From an uncultured bacterium (GTDB lineage: Bacteria; Macinerneyibacteriota; Macinerneyibacteria; Macinerneyibacteriales; CAYRFE01), in NCBI GenBank assembly GCA_964539615.1, contig CAZIJP010000002.1, positions 1-59,681 of the forward strand: 59,681 bases of DNA, written 5' to 3'. The position numbers were made by a program, and so were the translations under genes. The notes under the pieces are model-generated. The model was not told the DNA's origin and ran no database searches. It was given only the letters and a program-made list of their open reading frames with translations. Below are positions 1-9,600 of the stretch, piece after piece (within the stretch, counting starts at the first letter, position 1; each line of letters opens with the position of its first letter).

Positions 1-809
1 GTAATGGTGATGTTTCATTGGTTGAGGGGGAAGTTGCATACCGTTGTACCAATCCATCTTGCCCCGCACAAGTGAAGGCCAGAATTTTGAATTTTGTGTC
101 TGCCGACGGCTTTGATATTGAACAACTCGGCGAGAAATGGATAGAAATATTCGTAGACAAAGGATTATTGAAAACATTTGCCGATATTTTCAGACTTACG
201 TATGATTCGGTTATCTCGATCGACCGCATGGGAGATAAGTCAGCGAAAAATCTTCTGAATGCCATTCAAGCTGTACGAACGATCGGGCTTGGTCGATTTA
301 TCTATGCATTGGGAATTCCCTATGTAGGAAAAAAAGCCGCAATGACGTTGGAAAAAGAGTGCGTTACGATAGAAGCGGTCATGCAGAAGACCGCTGATGA
401 TCTGTCGCAACTCGATGGGGTCGGTGCTATCACGGCCCAAAGCATCGCTGATTTTTTCAGCCATACTGCCAATCGTGAGCTCATCAAAGATCTGTTGCGC
501 TATGTTACGATCATGGCTAAGCGGTCTGATGGGTTGCCGTGGAACGGAAAAATATTTGTCATTACCGGCACATTATCAAGCATGGGCAGAAAAGAAGCGG
601 AAAAAATCATCGAATCCTTTGGCGGTACGGCGTTATCGTCGGTCAGTGCTAAAACATTTGCCCTGATCGCCGGAGAAGAGGCCGGTTCAAAATTGCAAAA
701 AGCTGAAGAACTCGGGATCCAAATATGGGATGAAAAACGGTTTTTACAGGAAACAGGTCAGAACACGAGTGATACCAATGAGCGGCCACAGACGTTATTC
801 GACACATAA
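1..809 (+). CDS. ligA: NAD-dependent DNA ligase LigA, C-terminal part (5' end lies outside the window)
   Basis: The frame is open from the window edge (codon phase of nt 3) to TAA at 807-809. The translation shows a zinc-finger remnant 'YRCTNPSCPAQ', an HhH region 'GIPYVGKKAA...LDGVGAITAQSIADFF' and a C-terminal BRCT domain 'GKIFVITGTLSSMGRKEAEKIIESFGG...LIAGEEAGSKLQKAEELGI'. Confidence 0.9.
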   Translation, partial: NGDVSLVEGEVAYRCTNPSCPAQVKARILNFVSADGFDIEQLGEKWIEIFVDKGLLKTFADIFRLTYDSVISIDRMGDKSAKNLLNAIQAVRTIGLGRFIYALGIPYVGKKAAMTLEKECVTIEAVMQKTADDLSQLDGVGAITAQSIADFFSHTANRELIKDLLRYVTIMAKRSDGLPWNGKIFVITGTLSSMGRKEAEKIIESFGGTALSSVSAKTFALIAGEEAGSKLQKAEELGIQIWDEKRFLQETGQNTSDTNERPQTLFDT

Positions 810-818
810 GGCGGAAGT

Positions 819-1949
819 ATGAAAATATTGTATATAATCACGAAGCTCGAACTCGGCGGAGCACAGAAGATCTGCCTGAAACTGGCCGAGGCCTTTTCAA
901 AGGAACATGACGTTCACGTAATGGCCGGCGCCGGCGGATTGCTCAATGATGAGGCTAAAAAGATGCTTGGAGATCGCTTTGTCATCAATCCGTACATGGG
1001 GCGTGAGATCTCACCGTTTGACGATGTGCGCGCGTTGAAGTTCATTCGTTCCTACATACAAGAGCATTCTGTTGATATTGTGCATACCCATTCTTCTAAG
1101 GCCGGAATACTCGGAAGATACGCAGCATATAAAGAAAAAGTTCAGAAGGTATTTCATACGATACACGGGTTTGCGTTCAATGATTATCGCAATACTCTTG
1201 TTAACGAGATCTATAAAGCTACCGAACGTTGGGCAGCGCGTTTTGCGACAAAACTTGTTGCGGTCACCGCGGAGGACATCGCGATCGGGTTAAAATGTAA
1301 TATCGGGAAAAAAGACCAGTATGCGTTGATCCGAGCTGCAGCCGACATTGATCATTTCACCGAATTTTCATGTGATATCGCTGAGGTGAAGCGGTCATTG
1401 TCTATTCCTGTTGCTGCAAAGGTGGTTACGCAGATCGCTTGTTTTAAAAAGCAAAAGAACCCTGTGGATTTTATAAAATTGGCACAGGTATTGATTTCAG
1501 GAAGAAAAAAAGATATCTATTTCATCCTCATCGGCGACGGTGTACTTAGAAAACCCGTCGAAGATGCGATTTCCCGATTCGGTGTGGCGGAAAATATCCG
1601 ATTGCTCGGTTGGCAAGCCGATGTGCGCCCGTATCTTGCCGCGAGTGATGTCATAACACTCACGTCATTGTGGGAAGGGCTGCCGATAACGATCGTGGAG
1701 GCTTTTGCTATGCGTAAACCGGTCGTTGTCACTGCTGTCAACGGCAATAAAGAGATCGTCAAAGACGGAAAGAACGGATACCTTTACACTCCCGGTGATA
1801 TACCTGCAGCAGCGCGAAGAATCACCGATTTAATCGAGGATGAACGGCTTAAAGTGCAATTGGGTGAGTCAGGGTTCAACGATGTGGCCGTTGAATTCTC
1901 TTACGGCGAGATGATCAAGAAAACGGCGAAAATGTATGAAACAGTATGA
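819..1949 (+). CDS. Glycosyltransferase, GT4 / GT-B fold family
   Basis: 376-aa ORF starting 9 nt after ligA. N-terminus is 'MKILYIITKLELGGAQK'. The C-terminal half carries a GT4-type signature, 'TSLWEGLPITIVEAFAMRKPVVVTAVNGNKEIV'. Confidence 0.8.
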   Translation: MKILYIITKLELGGAQKICLKLAEAFSKEHDVHVMAGAGGLLNDEAKKMLGDRFVINPYMGREISPFDDVRALKFIRSYIQEHSVDIVHTHSSKAGILGRYAAYKEKVQKVFHTIHGFAFNDYRNTLVNEIYKATERWAARFATKLVAVTAEDIAIGLKCNIGKKDQYALIRAAADIDHFTEFSCDIAEVKRSLSIPVAAKVVTQIACFKKQKNPVDFIKLAQVLISGRKKDIYFILIGDGVLRKPVEDAISRFGVAENIRLLGWQADVRPYLAASDVITLTSLWEGLPITIVEAFAMRKPVVVTAVNGNKEIVKDGKNGYLYTPGDIPAAARRITDLIEDERLKVQLGESGFNDVAVEFSYGEMIKKTAKMYETV

Positions 1950-1997
1950 AAGAATGACGATAATAGCAGTAAAATGCCCCCTGTATTGAAATAATTG

Positions 1998-2026
1998 TTG
2001 ACAAAAATTGTTATCGGTCGTATAGT
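1998..2026 (+). promoter_or_regulatory. Sigma70-like promoter TTGACA-17 nt-TATAGT
   Basis: TTGACA at 1998-2003, a 17-nt spacer and TATAGT at 2021-2026, inside the 101-nt gap upstream of the 2051 ORF. An AAGGGGA Shine-Dalgarno follows. Confidence 0.5.
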
Positions 2027-2050
2027 ACAACGAAGAAAAGGGGAATTTGA

Positions 2051-4588
2051 ATGGATTATAAGAAAGATATTTACCAAGATCCTGAAATCAAAAAATATCT
2101 TAAACAAATGACCCAAGACCAGCGTGCATTTGTGTCGCTGGCGAATATCCTTTTAGCCCGCGGATTTGCCGACGACGCAGCTGAGATCTGCAAAGAAGGG
2201 CTTGAAAAGAACCCTAACTTTGCTGCGGGACGCGCCGTGCTAGGTAAATGTTTTATAAAACTAGGTAATAAAGAAAATGCGCGTATAGAATTTGAAAATA
2301 CCATCAAATTGAATCCGGAAAACGTTGTTGCATTAAAGGGTCTTGCTGAAATTTATTATGTCACTCAGGTGTTTGATAAATCTTTGGAAATGTATAAACG
2401 ATTGTTGTTTATTGATCCGATGAATATTGAAACAAAAGAGATCATCGATAAACTGGAACAGATGAAAACAACGCAGGATAAACTGCGAGAAGAACGTCTT
2501 GAGAAATTAAAACAATCGCAACAAAATGCAACTCCACAAAATCAAGCGCCGGTAGCAAATACCGCATTAGAAGGTGCAAGTCAAGAACCGGATACAAGCA
2601 ACACCGAAGGACAACCTGCATCGGAGCAAGCGCCGATACAAGAACAATCCGTACCGCAGACTGTTTCAGATGCGTCGGTATCATCTCAGCCGTTCAGTCA
2701 GGCGGATATAGATCAGCTTATAGGCTCTTCATCATCGAACGGGCAGATGCCTCAAATCAATACTTCTCAACCTGAAAGTGTTGAGGTGCCCGCTATCGCT
2801 TCGCCGGTGAAAAATATCACAAAGATCACTTCGGTCCTCATTGATATGTATATGTTAGCCGGATTACAAGAAGATGCCAAATATTTGAGCGATACGTTGA
2901 ACGGTGGCGCTCCGGTCAAACAAACAGAAGTGCCGCCATTTAATGAGCAGCACTTGAACGAAGCCGCATCAACTGTTGGTGACGTGTCCAAATATGAGAC
3001 TGAGCAGTCGGGGCAGGAGAATACCGTAAATAATGCCGTTACGCCGCCAGATTTAACTGATCTTCCTGCTAGTGACGCACCTGATGATGAACAATATCCG
3101 CGGCAACAAATATCAACGAATATGCTTGATGATATTTTGGACCAACCCAGTACGGCTTCGGTTGATGATATTTTGGGTATAGCCGAGACAAAGCCTGAAA
3201 TGACCCATGATGCAAATAATGCGATCCATATAATAAGTGAAGATGTGCTTCGCCCTGATGATGTGAAGGGATTTGAGGTAACTGGCGCAGAGAATATCAA
3301 ATGGCGTCAGGGAGATGATGCCGAAGTTGAAAAGACCATTGAATCAGCAGAAGGTATTGTGACCAATGATACTGCGGCTATGGATATGTTGTCTGAGACT
3401 AATCCCGAGGTTGCGCAAAACGATGCGATTTCTTCATCGACGTCGTATATGGAGCCGACAGATATGCTTCAAGATATGCCGTTGCAGTCTGCAATGCAGG
3501 ATTTTGAATCAGCCATTTCACAGCCGACCGGGCTAGACAATACTGTACCCGATACAACTCCTGCTGAGGGAACAATGATTACGTCTTTCGATGAACTCAA
3601 ACAGGTGAATGATAGTGCTGCCGATTCTACTGCTGATCAATCTCAGGATGAGTTATTACCAATGGGAGATTTATCTTCATCACCCGGAGAAATTACGGAA
3701 GAAGTGCTTCCTATGGACACTTCAGCGGCTCTTTCCGATATGACCGCTTTGACCGAATCTTTACAAAGCACACCTTCTTCTATGCCGTCGGAAGATACCA
3801 TTGAGGAAGTTTCCGATTCAAGTTCTGTTTCTGCCAATCTTACCACAGATGAAAATTTTGTTCCGGAATATAGACAGGATGCATTTTATTCTATCGAAGA
3901 TGCTGCTCAGAGTCTTAATGATTTGCAGTCATTAATGGCAGTGACAGAACAGAATTTCGGCGAACCTGCTCAGGATGACCAACAAAGCATGTTGTCAGAA
4001 ATCCCGCGGCAAGAGCCTGTAAGTAGTTCGGCGGAAGATATATTAGAAGAATTATCGGGAGATGAGGCCGCTTATAAAGAACAAGCAGGGGCTATGGATT
4101 TTGCCGGTTCTGGGGATATGAACATTGTTAATGCCCAGCAGGAAACGATTTCACCAGATGAGCTTCAACGGTTTGCATCAAGGAATGAAATTGATATGAC
4201 TGCCGCAATTAAGGAATCAACACAATTACAGGGAAATATCGCTTCGTTTGAAGGGAAAAAAGAATTAGATGTCGATCAACTCCAAATTGAGGAGACAGCG
4301 ATATCTTCTTCTAAGGTAAATTCCGAAGAGATTTCCGAGACGCTTGATATGGATATGTCAATGGATTCTCATTCATTTGCAGGAAAGAACGAAATGGCAT
4401 TGGAGGATTTATCGTTGACCTCTTCAACAAGCGCTCCTCCCGACCAATCAAAAGAATTGTCGGCAGATACATTGCTGCTTCCCGGCACCGAACAAAAAAA
4501 TGAAACCGTTAATATTGACGATATTTTGTCAAAACAGGAAAAAAAGAATGATATTGATGATATCAATAACTGGCTGAAAGGTTTATAA
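2051..4588 (+). CDS. Cytoplasmic protein: N-terminal TPR repeats (about 130 aa), then a roughly 700-aa acidic, S/T/Q/D/E-rich low-complexity region; function unknown
   Basis: 845-aa ORF. TPR-like 34-mers are visible: 'AEICKEGLEKNPNFAAGRAVLGKCFIKLGNKENARIEFENTIKLNPENVVALKGLAEIY'. I see no signal peptide or TM segment. The rest is acidic low complexity ending 'DIDDINNWLKGL'. Confidence 0.8.
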   Translation: MDYKKDIYQDPEIKKYLKQMTQDQRAFVSLANILLARGFADDAAEICKEGLEKNPNFAAGRAVLGKCFIKLGNKENARIEFENTIKLNPENVVALKGLAEIYYVTQVFDKSLEMYKRLLFIDPMNIETKEIIDKLEQMKTTQDKLREERLEKLKQSQQNATPQNQAPVANTALEGASQEPDTSNTEGQPASEQAPIQEQSVPQTVSDASVSSQPFSQADIDQLIGSSSSNGQMPQINTSQPESVEVPAIASPVKNITKITSVLIDMYMLAGLQEDAKYLSDTLNGGAPVKQTEVPPFNEQHLNEAASTVGDVSKYETEQSGQENTVNNAVTPPDLTDLPASDAPDDEQYPRQQISTNMLDDILDQPSTASVDDILGIAETKPEMTHDANNAIHIISEDVLRPDDVKGFEVTGAENIKWRQGDDAEVEKTIESAEGIVTNDTAAMDMLSETNPEVAQNDAISSSTSYMEPTDMLQDMPLQSAMQDFESAISQPTGLDNTVPDTTPAEGTMITSFDELKQVNDSAADSTADQSQDELLPMGDLSSSPGEITEEVLPMDTSAALSDMTALTESLQSTPSSMPSEDTIEEVSDSSSVSANLTTDENFVPEYRQDAFYSIEDAAQSLNDLQSLMAVTEQNFGEPAQDDQQSMLSEIPRQEPVSSSAEDILEELSGDEAAYKEQAGAMDFAGSGDMNIVNAQQETISPDELQRFASRNEIDMTAAIKESTQLQGNIASFEGKKELDVDQLQIEETAISSSKVNSEEISETLDMDMSMDSHSFAGKNEMALEDLSLTSSTSAPPDQSKELSADTLLLPGTEQKNETVNIDDILSKQEKKNDIDDINNWLKGL

Positions 4589-4603
4589 GGAGATAGTGAT
4601 AGA

Positions 4604-4966
4604 ATGGATTATACCGGTTTGCTTCAACAGACTTTGAAACAAGTGGAAGGAACGTTCATCGTCAGTTTTTGCGGAATTGACGGTTTGGCCGTTGCTCATG
4701 CCACGTATCCTTTATTGCCGCCAAATCTTCAGGTTGGCGATGCCCATGTGGCAACATTCGTTTCTCACAAACGCGAATCGCTGAAGCAAATGGGTATTAC
4801 GGGATTTACTGAGGATATTTCCATTACTCCGATGTATGTAGTATTGATCCGTATGATTAATGACGATTACTTCGTCAGCATGGTATGTTCACATGTGACC
4901 GATATAAAAAAAGCACGTTATTATTTGTATCTTTTGACAAATACGCTGAAAAAAGAAATATCTTAA
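4604..4966 (+). CDS. Roadblock/LC7 (MglB-like) domain protein
   Basis: 120 aa with an AAGGAG RBS. The sequence pattern fits the Roadblock alpha-beta-beta-alpha-beta-beta-alpha layout: 'LLQQTLKQVEG', 'TFIVSFCGIDGLAVAHA', 'AHVATFVSHKRESLKQMG', 'ISITPMYVVLIRMI', 'YFVSMVCSH', 'KARYYLYLLTNTLKKE'. This is a fold-level call without a profile search. Confidence 0.6.
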   Translation: MDYTGLLQQTLKQVEGTFIVSFCGIDGLAVAHATYPLLPPNLQVGDAHVATFVSHKRESLKQMGITGFTEDISITPMYVVLIRMINDDYFVSMVCSHVTDIKKARYYLYLLTNTLKKEIS

Positions 4967-4979
4967 AGGGGGGTTTTTC

Positions 4980-5546
4980 ATGGGTGTTATCGGAATCAAT
5001 GATATCAGGAACGGAATGGCTGTTGAAATGAACGGCCGATTGTATTGGGTGATCAAGGCAGAGCATGTCAAGCCGGGTAAGGGGACAGCATTCTGCAGGA
5101 CACGTCTTAAAGACGTTGAGAGCGGTAAAGTCGTAATGGAAACATTTAAAACATCCGATAAACTCAATGAAGTGCGTCTTGAAACAAGACAGTGCCAATA
5201 TCTTTACAGTGATGAACACAATGCACATTTTATGATCATGGACTCATATGAACAATTGGCTATTGCAGAGGATACCCTTGAAGAAGAAAAACATTTTTTG
5301 AAGCCGGATATGATGGTTGAATTGTTGATGCACGAAGAACGTCCTGTCGGCATCAAATTGCCAAATTTTGTTGAACTTGAGATCGTTGAGACAGAGCCTG
5401 CGGTTCGCGGAGACACCGTGTCGGGCGCTACAAAGGTCGCAAAGCTTGAGACAGGGCATACCATCACCGTACCGTTGTTTATAAATCAACATGAGGTGGT
5501 TCGCATCGATACCCGTACCGGTGATTATATGGAAAGGGTAAAATAG
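4980..5546 (+). CDS. efp: Translation elongation factor P
   Basis: 188 aa. Canonical N-terminus and loop, 'NDIRNGMAVEMNGRLYWVIKAEHVKPGKGTAFCRTRLKDV', and C-terminal 'GATKVAKLETGHTITVPLFINQHEVVRIDTRTGDYMERV'. Confidence 0.95.
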   Translation: MGVIGINDIRNGMAVEMNGRLYWVIKAEHVKPGKGTAFCRTRLKDVESGKVVMETFKTSDKLNEVRLETRQCQYLYSDEHNAHFMIMDSYEQLAIAEDTLEEEKHFLKPDMMVELLMHEERPVGIKLPNFVELEIVETEPAVRGDTVSGATKVAKLETGHTITVPLFINQHEVVRIDTRTGDYMERVK

Positions 5547-6644
5547 ATGCAACTTTTTGAGATCCTTCAGAAAATGGTTGATGCCGAGGCTTCTGATGTG
5601 CATTTCAAGGTCGGTAGCCCGCCCATGGTGCGTGTCGACGGAGGGCTACAGCCTCTCGGAGATACAAAGCTATTGCCTGAGCATACATTGTCGATAGCTA
5701 AGCAGTTTATGAGCGATGACCAATATAAAAAATTCGAAGCGGATCATGAACTCGACCTCTCGGTCGGTATCCGAGGACTCGGTCGTTTTAGAATCAACTG
5801 TTTTATTGCGCGCGGTGCGGTTGCTATTGCTTTGCGACGTATATCGGCGCAGATATTAAGCTTTGAGGATCTCGTTTTACCAGAAAAATTAAAGGAAATT
5901 GCGCTCACTCAGCGCGGATTGATACTAGTAACCGGCACAACCGGAAGCGGTAAATCCACTACGCTTGCCGCGATGATCGATTATATCAATTCAAACGAAC
6001 GAAAACATATCATTACGGTCGAAGACCCGATAGAATATCTGTTCAGTGATAAAAAAAGTATCATCAATCAACGTGAGATAGGAGCGGATACCGATAATTT
6101 TTCACAAGCCTTACGCCGTATTCTTCGTCAGGACCCTGATGTTATCATGGTCGGAGAAATGCGTGATTTGGAAACAATACAAACAGCCGTCACTGCTGCC
6201 GATACCGGTCATGCAGTAATGAGCACATTACATACGACCAATGCAATGCAGACGATAAGTCGTATCATTTCCTTCTTTCCTCCGCATCAGCATGAGCAGA
6301 TCAGAATACAATTGTCGACTACTTTGAAGGCAATTATTTCATTAAGACTTATACCTAAAGCTACGGGCGTCGGCCGTGTGCCGGCAGTTGAAATATTGAT
6401 CAATACTCCTTATATCAGTGAATTGATCGTTGACCAGAATCAAACATTCCTAATTCCCGAAACGATTGAAAAAGGGTCGCAATACGGAATGCAATCATTC
6501 GATCAATCGATCATGAAGCTGTATAAAGGTGGCCTGATATCACTTGAAGAAGCATTAAAACGCTGCAGTAACCCGGATGATTTCAAACTGAAGATTCAGG
6601 GTATCGATTCCGCATCGGTATCCGATGTGTGGCGTGATATGTGA
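5547..6644 (+). CDS. pilT: Type IV pilus retraction ATPase, PilT/PilU family
   Basis: 365 aa. 'ASDVHFKVGSPPMVRVDG', Walker A 'GTTGSGKSTTLAAMI', Walker B/Asp box 'DPDVIMVGEMRDLETI', His box 'TGHAVMSTLHT'. The ATG directly abuts the efp TAG stop. Confidence 0.9.
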   Translation: MQLFEILQKMVDAEASDVHFKVGSPPMVRVDGGLQPLGDTKLLPEHTLSIAKQFMSDDQYKKFEADHELDLSVGIRGLGRFRINCFIARGAVAIALRRISAQILSFEDLVLPEKLKEIALTQRGLILVTGTTGSGKSTTLAAMIDYINSNERKHIITVEDPIEYLFSDKKSIINQREIGADTDNFSQALRRILRQDPDVIMVGEMRDLETIQTAVTAADTGHAVMSTLHTTNAMQTISRIISFFPPHQHEQIRIQLSTTLKAIISLRLIPKATGVGRVPAVEILINTPYISELIVDQNQTFLIPETIEKGSQYGMQSFDQSIMKLYKGGLISLEEALKRCSNPDDFKLKIQGIDSASVSDVWRDM

Positions 6645-6659
6645 TGAAAGGCATCAAAA

Positions 6660-9600
6660 ATGGCCGGTACTGAAGATATAAACGAAAAACTATTACAAAT
6701 AGCCAAGTACAATAATAAGAACCAATTTGATAAGGCCATCAAAGAGTATAAACAGTTACTGGCCACATATCGAAGCGACCCGAAGATCCTCAACAGCATG
6801 GGCGATACCTATGCGAAGATGAATGACATAGATAATGCTCTTCGTTGTTATGACGAGTCTGCCGATCAATATGCTAAAGACGGTGTTTGGCCGAACGCGA
6901 TAGCTATATTAAAGAAATTATTACGATTAAAGCCTGAAAAACTTGACACTAAATTTAAAATTGCCGAAATGAGCATTCAAATGAAGGCATTTAACGATGC
7001 TGAATATTATTTGATCGAATACGGCGAGTTTTATATTAAGGCGGGCGATGTTCAAAAAGCAATTCCCGCATATGAGAAGATCACTTCGATAAGTCCTGAT
7101 AACATGGAGCGAAAGGTAAAGCTTGCCGATCTGTATTTTTTTACCGGCAATACCGACAAAATGCTTTCGACCTATCAGGCGGTTTTCAATTATTATAAAG
7201 CTGTAAAAAACCAGGTCAAGATCCAGGAGATTTTTAATACGATCACGGCGATCTCTTCTAAGAACCAACTCCTGATGACGCCGACCTATTTCAATATATT
7301 TTTAAGTTATATCGATCATCTTCTGTCCGAACAACAGGACGATGAGCTTGCTATAAGCACCGCTATGGATATGATCAATCGCCTCTTTGAGGTCAATGAT
7401 TTTGACAAAGCTGAAGCATTATGCCTAAAATTGATAGAAAAACGACCTGATCTGTTGCCGGCTCGTTTTAAACTGATAGATATCTACGATAAATCCGGAG
7501 ATACCGGAAAATTAATTGACGGATATTTAAGCGTCGGCAAGTATTTCGCATCACGCGACCCGGGAAGGGCCGAGGTGCTTTATAAGAAAGTCTTGCAACT
7601 CGATTCGTCTAATGAAGAAGCCAATGCATTTCTCGGAATAAAAAAAACTCAATCCGCAGACAATGTGATGACATCTCAAGTTCAACCGCTGTCAGGCGGG
7701 ACAGCCATACAGGAAGCTTCCGATATCGCAGAAGGGATCATTGAAGGATCTGTCGATATTATTCATACTGTTGAAAAAAATTCGGATGATCTTGACCATC
7801 TGATCGATAAGGGAAGTTTGGGAATTTCCTCCGCGACCTATGATGAGGAACAGGGCGGCAAAGAGTTAGGAACGTTTGACCTGACGCAGGTTGTTGCTGA
7901 AGATGACGGCCTGAAAGCTCGCCTGGCACACGATATCACTGCAATGCCCAGCAAAAATCAAACTGAAGAAGTACCTGAGTTTTCTGCGGAAGACCTTTCA
8001 TCGGTAGCTTCCGTACAGACAGAACCGGAAAAAGAAGTTATTGTTCAACCCGTATCGGTTCAAGAAACACATGATGATGATGATGATGATATTGAAATCG
8101 AGATTGAGATCGATGAACCATCTGAACAAACAGCTGCAGCAGAATCTTCTAATAAGAGAGCAGTGTCTGAACCAATTACCGAGGCTTCGATTGATATTCC
8201 CGTTGAATCGACGGTTGTTCAGGGTAATGAAGATCTCGATGGCGAGATTGACACAATGTTTACCGAGTACTCATCAACTTCAGAACAGAAAAAAAGTCTT
8301 CTCGAAGAGATTTCCGATAAACAAAGTACTTTTGTGCCGAATTTGGATGCTATCGTAACGGAATTTAAGCGAGGTCTTGAAGAGCAACTTGAAGGCGACC
8401 CGCAGGCCCATTATGATATGGGAACATCATTTTTGAGCATGGAAATGTTTGACGAGGCAATGGATGAATTCAGAAAACTTACAACAATAGCGCAGTTTAA
8501 ATATAAGAGTCATGATGGTCTTGCTCGATGTCATATGGCGAAGCAGGAATATGATGCGGCTATTGAAGAGTATTTTATAGCTCTTGATATGGAGAATTTA
8601 TCTCAGGACGAATTGGATGCGACATATTTTAATTTAAGCAGGGCTTATTTTCAAAAAGGCGATCTGATTGAAGCAAATAAAAATTTGGGCCAGATAAGGC
8701 AGATCGAGTTATTTGAAAAAAATGATGAATATACGTCAATGCATAAGCAGTTCAAAGTGAATTTGCCTTCGACGGATGATGCTGTTTTTGATATCAATGA
8801 AGATGCTGAATCTGAGATAACCATTGATGCAGACGGAACGATGACCATTGGCTCAGATATAGCTCCTGACTTGGTCAACGATTCAATGCAGTCGCCGTTT
8901 GATGATTATTCAAACAATCAAATCACTTCAGGTTCTGATGCGGAAAATAATCTTTCTCAAGGCAATGATATCACTGTCGAGGCCTCAGGAATAGAAACGG
9001 GAAGCTCAATATTTGAAAATACAGACAACAATACAACTAGTACCGAATCAATCGATGCGGATCCGGTTATCGCAGAACATGCTGTTGCCGAAACGCAACC
9101 CGTTTACGTAGCAGAAATAGCAAATTCTGTCACATCTGTGCAGCAAACTGCTACTTCGGGGTCTTATCCGGCAAAAGCAGCTGAACGACTCGATGCCGAG
9201 GTCAATAAATTACGACTGGACCTGGTGTTTGTCAAAGATAATATGACGGGGCAAGCTGATGCCGTACATGAAATATCCGAGCAGCTTCAACAGATCGAGC
9301 ATGAACAAGCCGAATTTCGTGATACCATACAAGAGTTTTCTCAGGTCAAGGAAGCCATTACCGGATTTCATGAAACCATGGATATTTTTCGTTCGCGTAT
9401 CGAGCAGGATGTGACCAAAGCTATCCAGAGTACTTTGGCTCAATCAGAAAATACGCAGATTATCGAAGATATTAATCGGATCAAGACCGAAATGGAAGGA
9501 TATCGTGAACTGAGCGTTCGTGAAAAGGAAATACTTAATCAATTCATGAAATACCGCGAAGATTTTGATACGTTTTCAGATGAAATCTCGGGATTGAAAA

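Noticed and set aside
2767-3300. 177-aa minus-strand ORF, together with the similar ones at 2071-2307, 2442-2684, 3643-3846 and 4369-4566.
   Set aside because: It lies wholly inside the 845-aa + strand ORF. Low-complexity coding DNA lacks stops on the opposite strand, and the translation is Ser-, Cys- and Gly-rich noise with no RBS or motifs.
8041-8358. Alternative-frame + ORF encoding 'KKHMMMMMMILKS...'.
   Set aside because: This is an artefact of the (GAT)6 repeat read in another frame inside the 1139-aa gene. The same reasoning rejects the other alternative-frame + ORFs: 397-666, 1072-1293, 21047-21301, 22977-23189, 23651-23860, 27368-27838, 28686-28895, 30578-30889, 46537-46731, 50499-50723, 52589-52777, 53324-53536 and 53828-54022.
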